A stretch of 49,498 nucleotides of DNA from an uncultured Lishizhenia sp. (GTDB taxonomy: Bacteria; Bacteroidota; Bacteroidia; Flavobacteriales_D; Crocinitomicaceae). The stretch is taken from the NCBI GenBank assembly GCA_964414045.1, contig CAYPVA010000001.1, positions 1 to 49,498 of the forward strand, read 5' to 3'. The notes beneath the pieces were generated by a model, which ran no database searches, had not been told where the DNA came from, and worked only from the letters and a program-made list of their open reading frames with translations. Of the stretch, positions 10,467 through 19,507 are shown piece by piece. Within the stretch, counting starts at the first letter, position 1, and the number at the start of each line of letters is the position of its first letter. A program made the translations under genes and the position numbers.

Positions 10467-12329
10467 GTGGACAAAGCATTCAAGAATTATTTTTGGCTCT
10501 GTATTGTGGGCCTTTTTTCTAGCACTTCTATAGCTCAAACGGCTGAGCGTCAGTCCGAACACCTGATTCCTACCGATGCAGTAACTGTTTTCAGTATCAA
10601 CAACATCAGTCTGCTACAAAAAATATCCATGGATGACCTCGTACAATACGAGTTCATGTCTGACGTACATCAAGAATTATTCGATGGTTCAACTTCCGGT
10701 AAAACGCTCAAAGATGCAGGCCTAGATTTCAATCAACGGCTCAATTTGTTTTACGGCAAAACAACGAAAACTGAACTCACCGGCTTCACATTTGGCGTGG
10801 GTAACAAACAACAACTTTTTGAGGTTTTTGACGACTTTCAAACCCTACAAAGCGACATCAAAGGTCTAGAAGTCTACGGAACTTTCTTCAATAACTTACT
10901 CATTCAAGGCAACACCGCGCTATTATTGCGCATTGAGCCAACGATGGAATACATCGATCAGGTCACCGATTCCATTTGGTATGCAAGGGGTAATGAAATG
11001 CCGTTTGACTTTTTTGATGAGGTACAGCAGGAAGAGGAAGTACTGAACGAACAAGAATACGATACGCAAAGTGGGCTTTTCCCAGAAGCGACAGAAAATC
11101 CACTCATCAAAAATTACTACGAGCTCAGAGATAGCGTACAAGTAATGTTGCAACAAGCAGAACTCGAGCGTGTCATCACGCAAATTTTTATCGAGGGCAA
11201 AAATCTTTGTTCTCAAGATCAACGCTTTGTAAACCAGCTTTTGCACAATGCAGAAGGAGCTTTCTACCTAGACAACGCTAGAAATCTTGACAAATCACAG
11301 GGGCTTTGGTATTTTCAGACGGTGCTGCCTACACTCTACAAAGACATTCAAGACCTCTATGCCGGTAATGTTATTCTAGGCGATTTATTTTTGAAAGACA
11401 ACAGCGTTGAATTTGCTGTAGAGGCGCAATATGGCCCAGCGCTCGGCAGTATTTATGCGGAAATGAATGACGCTAAATTTGATAAAAATGTACTCAAGTA
11501 TATTCCAGCAAGTAGCTCAGCATATTTTACGTACAACATTAACATGCAAAAAGCTTATGAGCAAGCCTACAAAGTGATACTTCCATTGCTTTCTGACGAG
11601 AAAAATGCACAAATTGCCATGAATGTTTTGACACTTGAATTGCTCAATGAGTTTGTCAACAAAGACGCGCTTTTTAGTACATACAAAGGCAGTATGTTTG
11701 GTACATTTAATGGTGTCGAGAAAATCAAGACTAAAAAAATCGAATTTTACTACGACGAAGAAACCTTCGAATACGGTGAGCGCGAAACTGATGCTGAAAC
11801 TGAAATGCCCGTATTTACACTCGGATTCTCTACCGACCGTTCGGACATCCCTGAGCTCGTATTAAAACATCTTTCCAGACTCACTTCACGCGTTCAGAAG
11901 CAAGAAAATTACTGGCGTTTCGACAACGCAATTTTAGATGCAGCCCCCTTGTTTATCATCAATACCGGTGACTTACTGATCCTTTCAAATGATGCCGCTT
12001 TTGCAAATAACTATGCCAAAGGCTATGGCAAGTTGGCACTGTCAAAAAAAGAAGCTAAAAAAGCCAGTAAGGGTGGCTTTATGTATGGAAAAGTAGACAT
12101 CAGTAGCACGCTCAATCGCTTCCCCACGGAATTGCTCACTCCAAAAAATGCAGAGGTTATTTCGTCTTTAAAAGGAAAGTCAGGTATGCTCGAACTCATT
12201 TCTTCAGAGACCGATACTGAGCACACAACCTTCAAGCTCAATTATACTTTCAAAGGAGAAGAGCAAACAGGCAAACACTTGTTGGATCTCATTAATTCAC
12301 TTTATTTAGTTTATACTTTAAATCCTTAG
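10467..12329 (+). CDS. Hypothetical secreted protein, 620 aa
   Basis: GTG start with signal peptide WLCIVGLFSSTSIAQ. I recognise no catalytic motif. The N-terminal region resembles that of the next gene. Confidence 0.6.
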   Translation: MDKAFKNYFWLCIVGLFSSTSIAQTAERQSEHLIPTDAVTVFSINNISLLQKISMDDLVQYEFMSDVHQELFDGSTSGKTLKDAGLDFNQRLNLFYGKTTKTELTGFTFGVGNKQQLFEVFDDFQTLQSDIKGLEVYGTFFNNLLIQGNTALLLRIEPTMEYIDQVTDSIWYARGNEMPFDFFDEVQQEEEVLNEQEYDTQSGLFPEATENPLIKNYYELRDSVQVMLQQAELERVITQIFIEGKNLCSQDQRFVNQLLHNAEGAFYLDNARNLDKSQGLWYFQTVLPTLYKDIQDLYAGNVILGDLFLKDNSVEFAVEAQYGPALGSIYAEMNDAKFDKNVLKYIPASSSAYFTYNINMQKAYEQAYKVILPLLSDEKNAQIAMNVLTLELLNEFVNKDALFSTYKGSMFGTFNGVEKIKTKKIEFYYDEETFEYGERETDAETEMPVFTLGFSTDRSDIPELVLKHLSRLTSRVQKQENYWRFDNAILDAAPLFIINTGDLLILSNDAAFANNYAKGYGKLALSKKEAKKASKGGFMYGKVDISSTLNRFPTELLTPKNAEVISSLKGKSGMLELISSETDTEHTTFKLNYTFKGEEQTGKHLLDLINSLYLVYTLNP

Positions 12330-12331
12330 AC

Positions 12332-13660
12332 ATGTATCGGAAGTTCCTGACGCTTGTCATGATTGCTGGTGCTTTGGCACTGATCCTCTTTGTCAAATCT
12401 TTTTTATTTGCGGTTCCGAAGTCACCAAGGCTTATTGATCGTCTGCCTACTGCAGATTTCCTCGCAAAGGCAAACATTTTGGAACTTGCCAAAGAAACCA
12501 ATTCGTTGTTGCAATACAACAAGTTGTCCATGCGTGATTTCACAACTTACGAATTTTTGCTAGGACAAGGAAAGCAATATGGCCTTGATCTTGAGCAAGA
12601 TGCCTATTTATTTGCGCAAGAAAATGGCGATTGGGGAGCGTTGCTCAAATTAACAGATTCTTCCAAAGTTCAAGTAGGTATCGAGCGGCTTAAGAAATAT
12701 GCTGAATTACAAGATTCCGTAATCGGAAACACGACCTTTTATTACATCAAAAAAGAAAAGTCCTATTTACATTACGGCAAAGACTACGCTTTTATTTATC
12801 AAGGAGCAAATTTTGACCGTTTGTTGAATCAGGTGGCCTCGGCTCATTACGGAGACCTACACAAAGATTGGGAGTTGTTTTTAAAACAAAAGCAATTCAA
12901 GAATGAGCATTTGGTCATCTATGCCAATTGGCCCAAATTACGCAGCTACAACATTCAAACTGCCATGTTTGCCCATGATAGCGATTCACTTGGCTTCAAA
13001 CTTAAAAGTTATGTCAAGAAGAAAACGCCACTATATTTTTCAATGAAACGCGATGGCCTTACTTACCACACGGTCCCCAAGACAGATCGCCTGATAGATG
13101 TACACCTTGACATCCATGAATTCAAGCAACATCCAGAAGATTCAGTTTACATTCAATTGGCTAAACTGAGTAAAAAAGTAGGATTTCCGTTTGAACGCTT
13201 TTTAAAGGCATGGAATGGTGACCTCGTTTATCAGCAAGGAGGCTTGCAAGTGCAAGAAACACGATATATCGAAACGATCCTCGATGAAGATTTCAATGAA
13301 ACAGAGGTAGAGCGCGTGCGCTATGATACAGTACCAGCATTTTCGGTATTTGCTTCGCTCAATAGAATGGGGCCGCTTTTTATATCAAAATTGGCACAAA
13401 AAGGCTTATTGCGCGAAGATGAAGGTGGCTATCGCTTTTTATTTTCACCCTTACTTCGTTTCAATAAAATTGGACCTTTTTACCAATATTACACCGGTGA
13501 TTTTCCACCAAGAATCATTAAAGGTCATGAAAACCAGGTCTTGTGGAAACACAAAGGCACCAATTATTATTTTCGCATAGAGCGCATGACGCGTTACGAA
13601 ATATTCGGAACACTTCAGGTACCAGTAAGAAGTTTATTGAGAAGAAATAAACTGATCTAA
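12332..13660 (+). CDS. Hypothetical membrane-anchored or secreted protein, 442 aa
   Basis: N-terminal hydrophobic anchor (LTLVMIAGALALILFV). It starts 2 nt after the previous stop. The family is unknown. Confidence 0.6.
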   Translation: MYRKFLTLVMIAGALALILFVKSFLFAVPKSPRLIDRLPTADFLAKANILELAKETNSLLQYNKLSMRDFTTYEFLLGQGKQYGLDLEQDAYLFAQENGDWGALLKLTDSSKVQVGIERLKKYAELQDSVIGNTTFYYIKKEKSYLHYGKDYAFIYQGANFDRLLNQVASAHYGDLHKDWELFLKQKQFKNEHLVIYANWPKLRSYNIQTAMFAHDSDSLGFKLKSYVKKKTPLYFSMKRDGLTYHTVPKTDRLIDVHLDIHEFKQHPEDSVYIQLAKLSKKVGFPFERFLKAWNGDLVYQQGGLQVQETRYIETILDEDFNETEVERVRYDTVPAFSVFASLNRMGPLFISKLAQKGLLREDEGGYRFLFSPLLRFNKIGPFYQYYTGDFPPRIIKGHENQVLWKHKGTNYYFRIERMTRYEIFGTLQVPVRSLLRRNKLI

Positions 13661-14656
13661 TTAGCCTACTAATAGAAATTCTTCTTGATGTGCTTCTATA
13701 TAATCAAGGATTTCTAGAATTTCGTCGAGTTCTGAGGTCGTAACAAGCTTGGTTCGGTAATCTTTAAAATGCGAAATGCCCTTGAAATAATTGGTGTAGT
13801 GGCGTTTCATTTCTGTGATGCCTAACTTGGGGCCTTTCCACTTGATACTCATGAGCAAATGTTCACGGCAAGCAATGACGCGTTCAGCAACTGTCGGCCC
13901 CTCGAGTTTTTCCCCAGTATGAATGTAATGTTTGATCTCTCGGAAAATCCAAGGATAACCAATAGAGGCCCTACCAATCATGACCCCATCAACGCCATAG
14001 CGGTTTTTGTATTCAACAGCTTTTTCTGGACTATCGATGTCGCCATTTCCGAAAACAGGAATGCGCATGCGCGGATTATTCTTTACTTCTGCAATCAAAG
14101 ACCAGTCGGCTTCACCCTTGTACATTTGTTTTCGGGTTCGGCCGTGTATAGAGATTGCTTCTATACCGATGTCTTGAAGGCGTTCTGCGGCTTCAACAAC
14201 GTTTTTGGTGTCGTCATCCCAGCCCAAACGTGTCTTGACCGTGACGGGAAGTTTGGTGGCTTTTACGATCTCGGAGGTCAGGCGAACCATTTTAGGGATG
14301 TCTTGTAAGAGACCAGCGCCCGCACCTTTACAAGTTACTTTTTTAACAGGACAGCCGTAATTGATATCGATGAGGTCAGGTTGTACGGCTTCAATAATTT
14401 GGGCCGACTGCACCATGCTCTCTGTTTCTGAACCAAAAATTTGAATCCCAATGGGTCTTTCGTATTCAAAAATATCGAGTTTCTGGCGACTTTTCGCAGC
14501 GTCTCTGATGAGCCCTTCCGAAGAGATGAACTCTGTATACATGAGGTCTGCACCGTATTGCTTGCAGAGCGCACGAAAAGGAGGGTCGCTGACATCTTCC
14601 ATTGGTGCAAGCAGCAAAGGAAAATCGCTTAATTCTATATTTCTAATTTTTACCAT
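13661..14656 (-). CDS. dusB: tRNA-dihydrouridine synthase
   Basis: LLLAPMEDVSDPPFRALC...DINYGCPVKKV...ISIHGRTRKQMYKGEADW (Dus family). Confidence 0.9.
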   Translation of the reverse strand: MVKIRNIELSDFPLLLAPMEDVSDPPFRALCKQYGADLMYTEFISSEGLIRDAAKSRQKLDIFEYERPIGIQIFGSETESMVQSAQIIEAVQPDLIDINYGCPVKKVTCKGAGAGLLQDIPKMVRLTSEIVKATKLPVTVKTRLGWDDDTKNVVEAAERLQDIGIEAISIHGRTRKQMYKGEADWSLIAEVKNNPRMRIPVFGNGDIDSPEKAVEYKNRYGVDGVMIGRASIGYPWIFREIKHYIHTGEKLEGPTVAERVIACREHLLMSIKWKGPKLGITEMKRHYTNYFKGISHFKDYRTKLVTTSELDEILEILDYIEAHQEEFLLVG

Positions 14657-14659
14657 GGA

Positions 14660-15730
14660 TCAAGCTTGCCCCATTTGTTTGAGGTATTCTTTGAGTTTCT
14701 GCTCGTTACTGAGTCTTAAGACCATTAGTTTGTCATCGGATTCTACAACGATGTAATCTTGTAAGCCGTCGAGTAGAACGGTTTTATGTGCCGGTACATT
14801 GACCAGGCAATTGGCAGAATCAAAGGCAAATATATTGCCTCCAATCAAGGAGTTTTGTTGCGCATCTTTTTGCAAATGTGTCGTGAGGCTTCCCCACGTA
14901 CCGAGGTCACTCCAGTCGAAATCGGCAAGGATAACACTCACGTTATCTGCTTTTTCCATGACGGCAAAATCGATTGAAATATCGGGGCAAGCGGCAAAGG
15001 CATCTTTCAAAAATGCAATTTCTTGGTTGCTGCCATAAACTTGGGCGTCTTGGCTAAAAATTTGATAAATATCGTTTTGATGTGCAGCTAAGGCAGCCAA
15101 GATTACTTCAGCTTTCCAAACAAAAATACCGGCATTCCAGTAAAAAGTGCCGGCGTCTAAAAAGCTTTGAGCTGTGGCTAAATCAGGTTTTTCTCTGAAT
15201 TGTAATACGGGGCAAGCACTTCCTTTGGTGGTGTTTGCATCTGTGGCAAATTCGATGTAGCCATAGCCTGTGTCTGGGCGGCTTGGCTCAATACCGAGTG
15301 TCACTAACTGACCACTTTGTGCAGTTTCCCAGGCAACATGAATGATTTCTTCAAAACGCTTTTCATTGACGATGAGGTGATCGGCAGGAGAAATGAGTAA
15401 AGTGGCATCAGGGTCAAGTGCGTGAATTTTCGCAGCAGCATAAGCGATACAAGGTGCGGTATTTTTGCGCTCTGGCTCGCACAATACTTGGCCTGCACTA
15501 AGTTCAGGCAGCTGTTCGAGCACTAATTGTTGGTATGCGCTATTTGTTAATATGAATATATTCTCAGTTGGAATAAAGCGATTGAGACGTTCAAAAGTGA
15601 GTCTGAGTAAGGATTTTCCAATCCCGAGCACATCTAGAAACTGCTTTGGATTTTCAGGTGTAGACATTGGCCAAAATCGGCTACCAACTCCGCCAGCCAT
15701 AATGAGGCCGTATGTATTATTTTGTGTCAT
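14660..15730 (-). CDS. manC: Mannose-1-phosphate guanylyltransferase
   Basis: GLIMAGGVGSRFWPMSTPENPKQFL nucleotidyltransferase motif. The start was moved to the ATG at 15730 (MTQNNTYG), so it overlaps the upstream gene by 14 nt. Confidence 0.85.
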   Translation of the reverse strand: MTQNNTYGLIMAGGVGSRFWPMSTPENPKQFLDVLGIGKSLLRLTFERLNRFIPTENIFILTNSAYQQLVLEQLPELSAGQVLCEPERKNTAPCIAYAAAKIHALDPDATLLISPADHLIVNEKRFEEIIHVAWETAQSGQLVTLGIEPSRPDTGYGYIEFATDANTTKGSACPVLQFREKPDLATAQSFLDAGTFYWNAGIFVWKAEVILAALAAHQNDIYQIFSQDAQVYGSNQEIAFLKDAFAACPDISIDFAVMEKADNVSVILADFDWSDLGTWGSLTTHLQKDAQQNSLIGGNIFAFDSANCLVNVPAHKTVLLDGLQDYIVVESDDKLMVLRLSNEQKLKEYLKQMGQA

Positions 15731-16346
15731 GTACGATAGGTGTAACGGCTGCCAACGCATGTACGAGGTACTGTTTGTTGCTGCCAATTTCGGTACAAAG
15801 ATAACGAGTTCTGCGCAGTTGCCCTTTTTTAAAGCACTTCTGATTCAATAAAAATTCGGCATGAAGCGGCAAGGATTCTAAAGTATGCGTTTCTTCTTTT
15901 TTGTCGTAGGCTTTGAGTGCGCGGCTCAAATGTAAGTCGGTTCCCGATGACGCTTTTAATTGCGTCCAACTTTTCCATAGGACCTTTTGAAGATCAGCAG
16001 GTAGGGTCTCGCTTTCTAAAACGGGTAAAAGTCGGTCTCTGAAAGCAGCTTTCCATTCAGCGCCATGTGCAGCAACGCGCCAACCATGCTTTCTGTAGGT
16101 GTCTAGGTGTGCAAGTTCGTGTAAGGAGGTAATTAAAAAACTATACGGATTGAGGTCTCCATTGACCGTGATGATCGGTTTCTTTTGTAGAGGGCTTGTC
16201 CTGAAATCGCCTAACTTTGTTTTGCGGCCTGGTACAATTTTAAATTGAATATTGGCGTTTAAAATGCAGTCAGTCAAGTACGGTGCAAAATGAGCTGGCA
16301 CAAACCTCGATAGTGTATCAATAAAATGCTGACGCTTTTCATCCAT
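15717..16346 (-). CDS. SprT-like zinc metalloprotease domain protein
   Basis: HExxH motif in ITSLHELAHLDTYRKHGWRVAAHGAEWK. Confidence 0.7.
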   Translation of the reverse strand: MDEKRQHFIDTLSRFVPAHFAPYLTDCILNANIQFKIVPGRKTKLGDFRTSPLQKKPIITVNGDLNPYSFLITSLHELAHLDTYRKHGWRVAAHGAEWKAAFRDRLLPVLESETLPADLQKVLWKSWTQLKASSGTDLHLSRALKAYDKKEETHTLESLPLHAEFLLNQKCFKKGQLRRTRYLCTEIGSNKQYLVHALAAVTPIVHDTK

Positions 16347-16350
16347 AGCA

Positions 16351-16358
16351 CAAAGATA
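16351..16358 (-). promoter_or_regulatory. Candidate -7 box TATCTTTG placed 4 nt before the sprT-like ATG; predicts a leaderless sprT-manC-dusB operon
   Basis: The minus strand reads TATCTTTG-TGCT-ATG. Confidence 0.4.
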
Positions 16359-16411
16359 AAAAGTGATTTGGCTTTGCTCATTGTGGAAGTAATAATGTTT
16401 AATTTAGCCTA

Positions 16412-17155
16412 GTGAAATTCTTACAAAAATTTGGACGTTACCTGCTCATGCTTACGGTAGTTTTTACAAAACCCGATAAGTGGCGTTTTTATTTCCAAAG
16501 AAGTCTCAATGAAATTGAACTAATAGGCATCAATTCTTTGCCGATAGTCGCGCTCATGTCAACTTTTATGGGAGCAGTAATAGCATTACAGACTGCCTCG
16601 AGCATGGAAAGTCCCTTGTTGCCAGATTATACAGTTGGTTTCATCACGCAATCAAGTACCATATTAGAATTTTCGCCCACCATTATTTCGTTGATCCTTG
16701 CGGGCAAGGTGGGTTCTAATGTTGCCTCAGAAATTGGCACGATGCGCGTCACCGAACAGATAGATGCCTTGGAAATCATGGGCGTCAATTCGTTAAATTT
16801 TTTAGTTCTGCCTAAAATTACAGCCGCTGTAGTATTTTTTCCCGTGCTCATTATTTTTTCGATGGCATTGTCGATGTTTGGTGGTTGGCTAGCACTATTG
16901 GTTTCAGACCTCACTACGACTGAAATTTATATTTTGGGTATTCGCGCTTTTTTCAATCCATTTCACATTACTTATGCCCTGACTAAAACCCTTGTTTTTG
17001 GTTTTTTAATTGTGAGTATTTCATCTTTCTACGGTTATTACGTAAAAGGGGGTTCTTTAGATGTGGGAAGAGCCTCAACCCAAGCGGTGGTGAGTAGCAG
17101 TATTGCTATTCTCATTTCCAACTTTATCCTTACCCAATTGATGTTGTTGTCATGA
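16412..17155 (+). CDS. mlaE: MlaE-family ABC transporter permease
   Basis: GTG start. Multi-TM protein with the typical LNEIELIGINSLPIV...LILAGKVGSNVASEIGTMRVTEQIDALEIMGVN motif. Confidence 0.85.
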   Translation: MKFLQKFGRYLLMLTVVFTKPDKWRFYFQRSLNEIELIGINSLPIVALMSTFMGAVIALQTASSMESPLLPDYTVGFITQSSTILEFSPTIISLILAGKVGSNVASEIGTMRVTEQIDALEIMGVNSLNFLVLPKITAAVVFFPVLIIFSMALSMFGGWLALLVSDLTTTEIYILGIRAFFNPFHITYALTKTLVFGFLIVSISSFYGYYVKGGSLDVGRASTQAVVSSSIAILISNFILTQLMLLS

Positions 17156-17922
17156 TCGAAGTTAAAGGATTATCCAAGAGTTTTGGTGGTCAGCAAGTCT
17201 TGTTTGACATCAATCACCGTTTTGAAAATGGGAAAGTCAACCTCATTATTGGACAGTCTGGGCAAGGTAAGTCTGTTTTGGCTAAATGCATCGTTGGACT
17301 CTATGAAGCAGATGCCGGCGAAATTTTATTTGACCAAAGAAATTTTTCGAATATGGACCGCGCTGAGCGCAGTGATATCCGTCAAGAAATCGGTATGCTC
17401 TTTCAGGGGGCTGCTTTATTTGACTCACTCACAGTAGAGCAAAACGTCATGTTTCCGCTTCAAATGTTCACTAACATGACCAAAGCAGAAATCCAACAGC
17501 GCGCTGATTTCTGCCTAGAACGGGTCAACTTAGCGGGTCGCAACAAATTGTATCCGTCAGAATGTAGCGGCGGGATGCAAAAAAGAGTCGGAATTGCCCG
17601 GGCAATAGCCATGAATCCTAAATATTTATTTTGTGACGAACCTAATTCTGGCCTTGACCCCAAAACATCTATTGTCATAGATAAACTCATTAAAGACATT
17701 ACGGTAGAATACAACATCACTACTGTTGTCATTACCCATGACATGAATTCTGTGATGGAGATTGGCGATAGCGTTTTGTACATTCATCAAGGTAAAAAAT
17801 GGTGGGAAGGAGATAAAAACAGCATCATCACCGATAACAACCCGGAAGTGGAAGCGTTTGTATATGCTTCTTCGTTTATGAAAGAAATCCGGACCCAAAT
17901 ACAACAAAAAAGAAGTCTTTAG
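17152..17922 (+). CDS. mlaF: MlaF-type ABC transporter ATP-binding protein
   Basis: Walker A GQSGQGKS, signature SGGMQKRVGIARA, Walker B LFCDEP. The start overlaps the upstream stop by ATGA. Confidence 0.85.
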   Translation: MIEVKGLSKSFGGQQVLFDINHRFENGKVNLIIGQSGQGKSVLAKCIVGLYEADAGEILFDQRNFSNMDRAERSDIRQEIGMLFQGAALFDSLTVEQNVMFPLQMFTNMTKAEIQQRADFCLERVNLAGRNKLYPSECSGGMQKRVGIARAIAMNPKYLFCDEPNSGLDPKTSIVIDKLIKDITVEYNITTVVITHDMNSVMEIGDSVLYIHQGKKWWEGDKNSIITDNNPEVEAFVYASSFMKEIRTQIQQKRSL

Positions 17923-17965
17923 ACCTAATTTTTCTATACTTTGTTGCAAATAATTAATTCTTTCT

Positions 17966-17973
17966 TATCTTTG
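17966..17973 (+). promoter_or_regulatory. Candidate -7 box TATCTTTG for tRNA-Leu
   Basis: Matches TAnnTTTG, about 48 nt upstream of the mature tRNA 5' end. Confidence 0.4.
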
Positions 17974-18021
17974 CAACCCCAAAGGGACTTGCGCAAACGG
18001 CTCAAGTAATTACATAAAATT

Positions 18022-18103
18022 GCGGATGTGGTGAAATTGGTAGACACGCCAGACTTAGGATCTGGTGCCGAGAGGTGTGCGGGTTCGAGTCCCTCCATCC
18101 GCA
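18022..18103 (+). tRNA. tRNA-Leu (anticodon UAG), type II with a long variable arm; CCA is not encoded
   Basis: Acceptor stem GCGGATG/CATCCGC. Anticodon stem-loop is CCAGA-CTTAGGA-TCTGG. T-loop is TTCGAGT. The T-stem GCGGG/CCCTC carries one C-U mismatch. Confidence 0.9.
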
Positions 18104-18107
18104 CTAA

Positions 18108-18139
18108 GGTCTCGTTGGGTCAACGAGGCCTTTTTTTTT
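18108..18139 (+). terminator. Rho-independent terminator after tRNA-Leu
   Basis: GGTCTCGTT pairs with AACGAGGCC (one G-U pair), followed by T9. Confidence 0.7.
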
Positions 18140-18163
18140 AAACATTAGGCAAATCATTCATTC

Positions 18164-19507
18164 ATGAAAATTACTCGTCAAGAAATCGATGCCCAAAATG
18201 GCGTTTTAAAAGTGGAAATCGATGCTGCAGACTATCAAGGAAAAGTAAAAGCTGCACTCGATAAATATCGCAAGACAGCAAAAATTCCTGGTTTTAGACC
18301 TGGTCATGTGCCTGCTGGGCTTATTCAAAAGCAATTCGGGAAGTCCGTTTTGGCTGAAGAGCTCAATAAAATCACCAACGACGCGCTTTATCGTTTCATC
18401 ATCGATGAAAAACTCGATATTCTTGGCAATCCGCTTCCTATTGAAAACGGAGTAGAGGGTAACTTTGATCAGCCTGAAAACTTCACTTTTAGCTACGAAA
18501 TCGGTTACAGCCCATCTTTTGAGTTGCCAATTACGGCTAAAACAAAGGTTGACTACGCAACCGTTAAAATTGACAAAGACCTCATTACCAAACAAGTTGA
18601 AGACCTTCGCCGTCGTTATGGCAAACTGATTTCTTCTGATACAGTGAGCGCTAAAGATATGGTGATGGGTAAGTTTGAAGAACTCGATGGCAAAGCTGTG
18701 AAAGCAGAGGGCATCAGTCATTCAACTACCATTTCTATGGAATTTTTAGAAAATAAAGCAGCCATCAAATTACTCACAGGAAAGAAAATCAACGAGTCAT
18801 TTGAACTAGACCCTAAAGATGTATCTAAAGGTCCTGAAGATGCTGCTGCGATGCTCGGTATCAGCCCAGAGGCATACGCCGAACTAAATGCGAAATTCCA
18901 ATTTACAGTTAACGATATCAAGCGCATGGAATTGGCTGAGCTCAACGAAGAGTTTTTCCAAAAATTATTCGCAGACGAAGTGAAGACCGAAGCTGAAATG
19001 AACAAGCGTATTGAGGCTGATCTCGCGCGCATGTTTGAAGAAGATTCAGATCGTCTCTTTACGCGTAAAGTATACGATATGCTCCTTGAGAAAACGTCCA
19101 TGACTTTCCCTGAAGCATTTTTGAAGCGTTGGATCAAAGCCTCTGCGGAGAAACCAATTACAGATGAAGAAATCGAAAAAGAATTTGCAGCTTACTTGCT
19201 CTCATTGAAGTGGCAATTGATCCAAACCAAGATTTTCAAAGAGAACAATATTCAATTGACCAACGAAGAAGTGCTTGATTTCACGAAGAATCTCGTAATT
19301 GGCAATTATGCACAGTACGGTTTGCCTGCTCCGGAAGAAGCAGAATTACTCGAAACCGCACAACGTTTATTGCAAAACAAAGAACAAGCCAACGGGATCT
19401 ATGATCGTTTGGCAGAAAGAAAACTCACAGACTACTTCAAAAGTGCCGTGAGCATGACTAAAAAAGAAATGAAATACGACGATTTTGTAGCACAGGCGCA
19501 AGCTTAA
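18164..19507 (+). CDS. tig: Trigger factor
   Basis: MKITRQEIDAQNGVLKVEIDAADYQGKVKAALDKYRKTAKIPGFRPGHVP (the ribosome-binding GFRPG motif). Confidence 0.92.
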   Translation: MKITRQEIDAQNGVLKVEIDAADYQGKVKAALDKYRKTAKIPGFRPGHVPAGLIQKQFGKSVLAEELNKITNDALYRFIIDEKLDILGNPLPIENGVEGNFDQPENFTFSYEIGYSPSFELPITAKTKVDYATVKIDKDLITKQVEDLRRRYGKLISSDTVSAKDMVMGKFEELDGKAVKAEGISHSTTISMEFLENKAAIKLLTGKKINESFELDPKDVSKGPEDAAAMLGISPEAYAELNAKFQFTVNDIKRMELAELNEEFFQKLFADEVKTEAEMNKRIEADLARMFEEDSDRLFTRKVYDMLLEKTSMTFPEAFLKRWIKASAEKPITDEEIEKEFAAYLLSLKWQLIQTKIFKENNIQLTNEEVLDFTKNLVIGNYAQYGLPAPEEAELLETAQRLLQNKEQANGIYDRLAERKLTDYFKSAVSMTKKEMKYDDFVAQAQA

